Positions 55,021 to 64,000 of a stretch of DNA of 64,000 nucleotides are shown here, piece by piece. Position 1 is the stretch's first letter, and each line of letters opens with the position of its first letter. Source of the stretch: Trichoplax sp. H2. Its lineage: Eukaryota. A program made the translations under genes and the position numbers. Location of the stretch: the NCBI GenBank assembly GCA_003344405.1, contig NOWV01000133.1:124001-188000 (forward strand). Reading direction: 5' to 3'. Under the pieces are notes generated by a model, which was given only the letters and a program-made list of their open reading frames with translations, was not told the DNA's origin and searched no databases.

Positions 55021-57639
55021 CCTGGACCAATAAACCTAATAACAGCTGACTTTATTCCAAGTCAAAATACCGTTTAATTCTGTCACTCGATTACTCCTTC
55101 ATTGAAAATATAAAGATAAAAAGGATGATTTAATTGTCAACTTTAGGTGTCTTTAACGAATGAGGGGAAATGAATGCATGCAAGTTTGATAAATAAAAAG
55201 CGTATCATGACTATTATTTTAAATAAGGTTCAGCGTCTAAACGTTAGAATTGGTAAGAGTTTGCGGCACATACAGACAGCGTGTGTATTGCATACAGTTT
55301 TTCAACTATTAGAATAAAGGAGCAACCTTCAAACTTATTTTTTGCTGCTGCAGCTACGATGTGGTGCTAAAATAAAGTTTACAGCATATCAGATTAACTT
55401 TAAACATAAAATTAAATTTCAAGTTATCCTTGAATGACTATTCAATGAATACCTCGATATACGCAAGTCATCAATGGTATAATTTTCACTCAAATCACGA
55501 TGAATTGGGAGCAATAGTATCCACTGCATACAAAAATTAATTGCGAGTATTTCAGTTAATATAGTCGTATTTTGACTGATAGACTGATCGAGCATTGATA
55601 GCTACTTCGTTAATAAGATGTTTTATTTTATACTTTGTTACTTCAATTTTTCTTCAAATCTGGCAAATAAGCTCGATGTGATGTCAAGCAGTAATGCTTG
55701 TATCTAGAAACCTTTCGAGACTGAGATTTATTCGGCAAATTCAATGCACTCCTACCCTTACGTGTGCAATCACGTTTATTGCTTGGCAGTAGTGTAAACA
55801 ATAATATATAAATTATGATTTACTTTTCGAAAGTATTTATTCTACGGTTTAGTATTATCCTAGAAATACGTATATTACAACGTTTCTAAATGCCCATGAA
55901 CAACAACAGAAGGCGGAAGTTGAAAGTCATTTTAAATAAAATAGATTTAAAGGGTAGCATTTGACTGTAGCACGGGCATCGCAATCAAACTCGTACTATC
56001 TGTACATCAATTTCATGATATTCTTGCCAAACATTGAAATATTAAAGTATTTCACCAGACCAACTTCTGCGTAATACGTCATCGATCATTTTAACAGCTT
56101 AGAGTAATATCAAATCGAAAGTAATACAGTACTATATCTCTCTAAAGACTGTCAATATATCATGTTTAGTTCACGATCAAATCACAATTAATGCAATCTT
56201 TAAAATTGATAAAGTTCCTCGGCTGCAACCTATGTGATATATTGTAGTAGTAAGTTCATGTCATGTCGGTTAAAATTGCTGCTATAAGGATTCATACAGT
56301 ATTACGATGATCATTATTTATTAGTTATAGAGAGCGTTTTGTTGTCGGTAGTATCGATGGTGATTGCTGGTGATGTAGACTAAATTACTCTTAGAGTGTA
56401 GTAATAAATCCCTATCCAGAGATGCATTTTACCGTACTACGATGCCGTATCGCTTTTATTCCATTTCCATCTCTGTACAAGCTCGAGTAGACAATAATTT
56501 GGGAAAATAAAATTGTAGTCTCATTTTTTAGGGCGTGACTAATTGCAATAGAAAAAATATTCTTCTATCAGATATACAGTATAATGAGCGATAAAACATT
56601 TTACAAATTAATGTTCCCCTTCTTAAGGAAAAAAGAAAGCATGATTAAACTTGATGGAGCAATAGCCTTTGACATAGTCGTATCTGAATCGTTATTCTAT
56701 AAATAATTTAATTAAAAGTGGTCAAATTAATCGCACATCAGCAAGGACTACAAGGTGATGCATTGATTGTATTATAATTTATTCTTCGAAATTTCTGTCC
56801 GCTTAACATTAGCGTGTTATTATGGCAAAGGTCGACCAAACAAAATATTTCAAAATTGAATGCTGAACACGTCTAATTCTTAATCGATTGTAAGGCTACG
56901 TAGTGACCAAACAATTTTTAGTTACGCCTATCATGTCTGTAGAATAAAGGCTGGCCCTATCTGCTCGGTTTCAAACAGCTACTAACTTTAGCAGATTGGA
57001 GTTGTAATTTTAGAATCATCGCCACTCCATTTTCTAGATTAGAGTACGCGTATAAGTTAGTACTGATAAGTGTTATCGTAGTTTAAGGAGGAGGTTAACG
57101 ATGCATTTGAAATCCGCTTAAGATAAAAGTAATCTGCTTACAGGAAATTTACGGTCGACCATTTCAACAGTACAGCATGATGAAATCGTTATGATGTAAA
57201 AACTCTAAATTGGAGTGTCAAGTTTATTATGCTTTCATGGTAACTATCTCTACTATACAGTACTTCAATATTTATTTGTATAATTAAAGATAAGATTATT
57301 GAATGCCTTGTTTATTACCAACAAAATACCCTACTACACTTATTTCGATATTCATTAGCCGTTCAATTTCATGGAATCATGACTATTTATAAGAATTGCA
57401 GTAGAAACTTTAACGTATACGTAGTTGTATTGCAATCAGGCTTGACTCTATTTACTCCGCATTCAATAGTTCATTATACAGTTATTAAATTACGCACCTG
57501 CTCTATTTCTACCGAAACGATGAAGACGTTCAATCAATCAGACTACATTACAAATATATCCATTTCAAGGCTACTAGCAAGCAATGCTGCAGAATCTTTC
57601 AAAATTAGCAACCAATCAACCGCATCAAGTTATCACGAC

Positions 57640-58440
57640 GGATTGATTCTATCTTCATGATGAGATAGTTGGACATGTTTTAACATAGAAGGATGACAGA
57701 TCCAATCGATTGGATTTAGAAAAAGTAACGACTGCAGTTGAGAATAATTAGTCCAGGGTATCATCAATGCATTACTTAACAATATTTAAGTTGTTATAAT
57801 GAATCAATTGTACCCCTAATGATGAGATAGTTAGGCATGTTTTAACATGACAGTTCAAATGGATTGAATTTGGAAAAAGCAACGACCGCAATGAAGAGTA
57901 ATTATCCCAGGCTATCATTCATGCTTCATTCCTAGAACAGTATTCATGCTGTCATACTGGGCCAATGGATCGATTCTACCCTGATGATGAGATGTTGGAC
58001 ATGCTTTTAACATTGCAAGAGAAGAGAGTCTCAACGGATTGAATTTGAAAATACAACGACTACAGTAGAGAACAATCATTCCAGACTATCATTAATACAT
58101 CATTCAACAGTAATGAAGTTGTCATGATTGATTGATTCTACCCGGATATTGAGCTCGTAAAAGACGTTTGAACGAACATAAAAGGATAATAGTCAAAATG
58201 GGTTAAAAATAGGAAAAAGGAACAACTGTAATAAAGAGTAATGATTCAGGGTTATCATTAGTGCATCCTTCAGCAGTCTTCAAGTGGTCATGATTGATCG
58301 ATTATACCCTACGGATGAGATCATTCAATTTGTTCGCTTGATGATAGAAGGATGTAAGTTCAAATGGTTGAATTTGAAAAAAAGTAACAGACTGCCATGG
58401 CGAATTCCTCCTTCATGGCCAGTTAATATCCATTCAACGA
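57640..58440. repeat. Diverged tandem repeat, ~162-166 bp unit, ~5 copies
   Basis: Anchor gatgagat at 57659, 57821, 57986, ~58148 (degenerate) and 58314; ttgaatttg, aacgac and tatcatt recur in each unit. Confidence 0.85.
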
Positions 58441-59444
58441 TACACTACTGTATATCAACTCAACCATGATAGACTGTGGCAAAATGGCAAAGTCATAACT
58501 TACGGTTATTTTATAGAGGTCTGCTAGTATGATGATAAAAAGTTGGAGAAGATCTTGAATAATGATGGTGCTATACAATTGGGGCATCAATTAAAATAGA
58601 CGGCCTACAAATTTTCACGAATTTCGATGATGAAAAGTGATGTTGAAATAAACAATCCAGCGCTTGCAACGATGGAATATCGGCAAACCATTTTACAAGT
58701 TACGTCATACTGTGAGACCGGTCAACATCGTCGATGTGTTCAAACCCCCTGGTCCAGTGCCCAGGGTACAGTACACAGTTCGGTACAGTACTGTGCACTG
58801 TACACTGTACTGTACACGACGGCCATCCTCTCCGGCGATATGGACTTCAGTAGCAAAATCAGGTCTTTTTGCGCATGAGTAGTCCAGAGTAGCGATATAC
58901 AGTACTGTCATGGTACCGTACAGTATCGGACAGACCGATACATGATCCTTCTAGGGTCTGGGTGAGCATTGGTGAACAAGAAACGATAAACGCCAGCGGA
59001 GATTGCTGCCAGTTCCCAATATAAACTGCCAGAATCCACTTCAAATACAAACTCTCGAGAGAGAAATCGATCGATATCGATTTTAGCCTAGTTAAACTAA
59101 TCTCTACTATTGTAATTAAAGTCTTTTCAACGCCAATGGATTCTTCTGCTTCCTTTCCGTTTAAGCCATCATCATCCATTCAATGAGGAAACAACCTGGT
59201 CAACATTGATCACCATAATGAATAACACAGGTAAAAACTTGCATGGACTCGTCTACCTACTAAATTTAGTCAGGTATTTGTCAGAGAAAGGGAATCTCTC
59301 TTACAAGCCCTTCCTCTAGTCATGTTACTCTATTTATAGTCTAACGCATTATCAATACAATGGCTGATAAACTATATTTTACCCAATGAGAATATTGCTA
59401 TCATTCCTAATTTAAAACCCTAATATTCATTACAATGACAAAGA

Positions 59445-59930
59445 ATTCTGGCTGATCATAATTCAATCTTAGCTGAACTGGAAGTAGTTACTAAAACTGC
59501 TAAATTGAGCCTGTTATCTAGATGTATATATACTGAACATATCAAATAGGAGGCTACTTCATTTCAGAATAACCTTTAAAATTAGGCTATAAATGAGAGA
59601 GAGAATCCTAACTTGTCCCAATTCAATCTCAGTTGGAGCAATCGTAGCCAAACTCGAAACGGTTACGAAAGTCAATAAAGTTTTTACGATAGTATGCTGA
59701 TAATGTGATATTACATTTGTACGCCTTCCTCACAGCTCGCTCTAGATTCGCTCTAAATGCCTATACTAGGCATATCAAAATAGAGAAAGCTGCTTCATTT
59801 TAGAATAATTTCTAAAATTCGATTATAGATCAGAAACAATTCTAATATATCCTAATTGAATTTTAGTTGAATCACTTTTAGCTGAAATTGAAGCAGTTAC
59901 TGAAGTCGATGAAGTTTTCGATATTGCCGA
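59445..59930 (+). repeat. Tandem partial duplications of the intron end and exon start of gene H
   Basis: catatcaaa...cttcatt...agaataa block at ~59530 and ~59765; exon-start copies ttagctgaactggaagtagttact (~59470), gtagccaaactcgaaacggttacg (~59645) and intact ttagctgaaattgaagcagttact (~59880). Confidence 0.75.
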
Positions 59931-62900
59931 TCGATTGGAATTAGATGTTGATGGAGATGATTTCTCATCATTAAAGATTCAAGTTAAGCAGCATTTACTC
60001 CAACTGCTGTCCGATACAGATCAAACTACGTATCTAGAAGTAAGTAATAACTACAACTAACTTCATAAGTACTTTCAGCTAAATACAAATAGCTAGATAT
60101 GAGCTAATATTGTAATTGTATGCCTTTACTTCTATTATCTTATCTCCGGAAAAATATCTTTACCCATGATCGACGTAATGATACTAACGTTATTAAGATC
60201 AACTACTTATTCTTAAAACTGTCATAGATTGCAGCCTTTATGGTAGCATTAGCAAATAATAACAATTATCATTTGCTGATGCTAAATCTAAATAATATTG
60301 TCATAAATACCTGGCTATTACTTACAGTACGGTAATCTCGTTGAACTTCTTCTCAATTTTTTCGATATAAATAAAAGCATCGTACACCATCAGATGCAAA
60401 TTAACCTAATCAATTTTAACATTCTCTTCACAGTCTACAGTACATTACAAGTAATATTACCAGCTATTCAATGATAGCAAATCACGTAAAATATACACGT
60501 ATATACGGTATACTATACGTTAACTATGGTCGCTTATGTTGTTGTTGTACTGTAGTATCTACTCATCATCAACCAGCCTCGTTTCATTCAAAGTGTAACA
60601 CCACAAAGATTGCATTGATATTGCTACATCGTCTCGACTTGAAGTAATCTTTACTTATACAATTAATTTTCTGTAGGAGGTTAAGAAGGTAAATGCTGTA
60701 AGTGTTGATGACAATGAAGCTAGAAACACATTATCAAAACTTTACGCAAGTATTAAAGCCCTAGCGGAGAAGTTTGATAAATCGTTTGCCGGTGGAAGCA
60801 ACTATCCTTGTAAGGAATACGTGGAAGATATGCAAAGTGATTATTCCTTACTATTGGAAGAATTTAAATATCCAATTCTTGTTACGGGTAAACGATTACA
60901 ATTATTTCTAAATTAGTAATATTGCACCCTTGTATGCCGTTGAAATGTGAATTTATGGTGAACTTTAACCATGAGTATCTCGGTTTCGATTATAAGTTTT
61001 AGTGTACGTATGTTTAGTTAAATTCAAAATTGATTGCTATGCTAATAGGTCTTGCATTAAATATTAGGTGAAACTAGCGCTGGGAAGTCTTCCTTACTAA
61101 ACTATCTACTTGGCGTTGATTTATTATCGGTTCACACACTAAGTTGTACTAATAGAATATGTGAAATAACGTACGGAGAAGAGCCAAAAATTAAATTGGT
61201 AAATGCCTACGATGGCAAAGTGTTCTATACTGAAAGTTGGACCGCAGACAATAAGGACATTGCTATAAAAGAAATTCAGTCTCTAATATCTGAAAGGGAA
61301 ACTCTGCAAGGCTCTAATAGTAATCATGAAATGAAGTCAAGTGAAGACGCACCTTATTCACTAGTTAGAATATATTGGCCATCTGAATTTCTTGAGGTAC
61401 TGTGGCAATTGTTGTAGTTTTTAATGACGTATATCGCATTAGTAGCATTATGTATCATTTTTTATTTATTATGCGTTTACCTATATAGAAAGATAAATAA
61501 ATTTTCTTACTCTCTTTAATTACAATCTTATGAATCATTTACAAAGTTGTAAAAACTTTTCGCAACGAATACTATCGTAATAAGATTTAGATCAAAATGC
61601 ACATTTTATAAATACACTAGGATATGTATACTATACAGTGTATGTCGCTATGTCAAGAATATTCACAAGTGCACCATCGGCGTAGGCCGAGACTATAAAA
61701 GTCGAGCACTAGCTTAGCTGCTCAGTTCCATTTAGTCACTTGCAGGATCACTTGACTATTATTGCTAAGAATATTCTTACCTTTTTCTTTAGTACATTTT
61801 ACGACTAAGATTAACGTAAATAAAATGAAGTATTTAAACCTATTACTCATTAGTAGCTTATTTGTGTAGCTGAGAGTTAGTTCAACTACGATAGGTCCCT
61901 AAGTTAGTTGGAAACACAAGTACTAGTGAAGATAGTATTTAAGACCCGTTTTCTAGTTACAAAGGAGATTTGTAACAAATAGCAACTTGAATATTTATAT
62001 AGTAATTGATATACTTATTTACTATAGTTTACCAGACTGTATTGGAACAACCATGATTCATAATCGTGTAGAGTGATCTAAATAATTTGTAAAACATATT
62101 TATTTCCTCAGAGTGGCATACTGGTCGTTGACAGTCCAGGAATTGGTGAGAAGAAAGAAGTACCGCACGCCTTGAGAAGCTACATTTTTAGAGCTGTTGC
62201 GTACATCATTGTCGTCAATTCTGCCAATGCTGGAGGAATTCAGGCAGCTAGGGTAAAGTGCTTAATTATACGTTAATGTAGGAGATTGCGATTTATAAAT
62301 ATCTTTTATTTAATTTTGTTAGCTTCAAAAATTACTACAACAAATATCAGGTGTGCTAAGAAATGATGGGTATTTAAATTTTAATCCTTCTATGGCACTA
62401 TTTATATGTAATAAATGGGATACTGTAGCCGTACCGGAAAGAGAGCTTGTAAAAACTGATAGTATCACCAAGTTGAAGCGGTGCTGGCCAGGTATGATCC
62501 AAACCCAAATAATATTTCTATCCATCAAAGAATTGTTGATGGCTAGAGCCGCCAATAATAATGCATTGGTACCACCCGAAGTTGTGCAACTATTCGAAAT
62601 GCTTCGTGATTTGATTCCTATTAGTCGAAAACAGAAATTATCGAAATCCTACAGGTGAACGTGATTAAACTATTAGCTTAGAAATGGTTATTCAATCTAA
62701 ATTTCAAATATTAAATTTAAAATACTATCTGATTAGAGTTCTGTCTTGGATTAAATAAATCGTATTTAATATTTACTGTTCATTTTTAAGCTTTATGGCT
62801 GCTTTCGTTGAAGGTGTACAAGAAACATGTCGATGTTATCTTCTGAGGGCAAAATCAATGGAGAGCGAACTAAAGGAAGATAAATCAAGATTAAAACTAT

Positions 62901-63978
62901 TGGAAACAACAACGCAAAAGTGTATGAAAGAATTAGTTACGGAAAAAAATGCATTAATAAACGCTCTCATTGCAAAGTATCGGAAATTTGTTGAAAGTCT
63001 GAATAATGAATCCATAGTAAGTTGGTCGGAAAATGACCTTTTAGATAAAGAATTTGATGAAGATAATTTAATGAAATTACAAGAACATGCCGTTCTTAAA
63101 GTTAGGCAACGCTTAAATAATCATTTAGAACTTGTTGCACAAGAGATACATGAAGATCTTCAGATAGCAAAAGACTTATTGTTAGAAAAATTTACCACGA
63201 GACTTGATGAAATTTTTGATCAGACTCAGTCAAAATTAGTTGAATCAGCTGATATCGAAAATGATACACAAACGAATGACTTCTACTTAGATCCAAGAAC
63301 TGGGTATTCGAAATTCTCAGAATTATACGGATTATACGATGTATGGACTAATATGACCGCGGCAAGGAGGGCTGCATTTATCCTTACAAGTCCTGTATGG
63401 GTGGCCCCAGCATTCATAGCTAGCCCTATCTACTATATTACAAAGTTGGTGAAAACCCGAAATCAACAAGAAGAGATTCAGAAATTTAAACAAAACAAAC
63501 CTGAAGAAATGAAAGCTATCACGCTTCTAATTCTTGACCATATCGGTTCAGAAAACTTTGCAAGAAAATTTGTTGTTGAGAAATTTGATTCATTAGCAAC
63601 TTCTCTACTAAACAGTGTTAAAAGTACAATACTAAAATCTTTGCAAAGTAGAATTGATACCATTAAAACGGCTTTAAAGGATAAACGATGCCCTAAAGAA
63701 ATCAACAAGCTTTATAAACCGCTCAAAGAAGATGCTCGAAAACTATTAATAAATTTAAACAACTTTTACTTACAAGAATTAAGTGAATCATCGATTAAAT
63801 TCAAAGATCTACAGGGATTCAATGAAGAATCTACCCCACTGTCATTAGGATTAAAAGTAAAATTATATCGGGCAACGCTGCACAAAAATGATGAAGAAAA
63901 GAACGTTATTATACAAGTCCCTGTTGACAAATCTATGCGTGATATGCATGAATTTGTCAGTAATTGCCAGATTATCAG
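59867..63978 (+). CDS. Gene H (family P): dynamin-like GTPase-pseudokinase, runs off the window end
   Basis: Exons 59867-60039, 60677-60887, 61068-61396, 62112-62252, 62323-62654, 62791-63978 are in frame. GETSAGKS, DSPG, NKWD; kinase N-lobe start LSLGLKVKLY...VIIQVP as in A and E. Confidence 0.9.
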
Positions 63979-64000
63979 GTAACCTTTTAATTAATGCATA

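Noticed and set aside
547-57660. Isolated 60-95 aa ORFs in introns and spacers (547, 8648, 8659, 9091, 11367, 31298, 32416, 32667, 35435, 35951, 42243, 57379)
   Set aside because: Composition typical of chance AT-rich frames; no recognisable domain or splice context.
57640-58440. Possible CRISPR-like array
   Set aside because: Units are similar along their whole length with no unique spacers; eukaryotic context; no cas genes.
2350-63708. Short ORFs overlapping real exons (2350, 10655, 14711, 23387, 24671, 39181, 54465, 62325, 63478)
   Set aside because: Opposite strand or wrong frame of exons already assigned; no independent motifs.
1-64000. Bacterial dynamin operon, contamination or recent horizontal transfer
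   Set aside because: All genes have multiple conserved spliceosomal introns.

Overview
AT-rich eukaryotic (probably animal) genomic DNA with GT-AG introns; the organism cannot be determined from sequence alone. The window is a tandem array of two related families of dynamin-like GTPase genes (mitofusin/BDLP-type motifs: G1 GExSAGKS, G3 DSPG, G4 NKWD). Family P (+ strand; genes A, E, H) encodes an acidic N-terminal helical domain, the GTPase, a helical stalk and a C-terminal kinase fold that has lost every catalytic motif (a DSTYK-like architecture, but a pseudokinase). Family Z (- strand; genes B, C, F, G) encodes a basic version of the same N-terminal domain, the GTPase and a stalk carrying a long glycine-zipper hydrophobic hairpin, with no kinase. 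The order is A(+), orphan last exon(+), B(-), C(-), psiP(+), psiD(-), E(+), F(-), G(-), H(+), which gives three head-to-head Z/P arrangements. Pseudogenes, exon remnants and membrane-segment deletions indicate birth-and-death evolution. My best candidate for an undescribed system is a paired dynamin-like GTPase / GTPase-pseudokinase module, possibly for membrane remodelling or cell-autonomous defence; the function is inference. Exon coordinates were derived by hand from splice consensus and paralog comparison.
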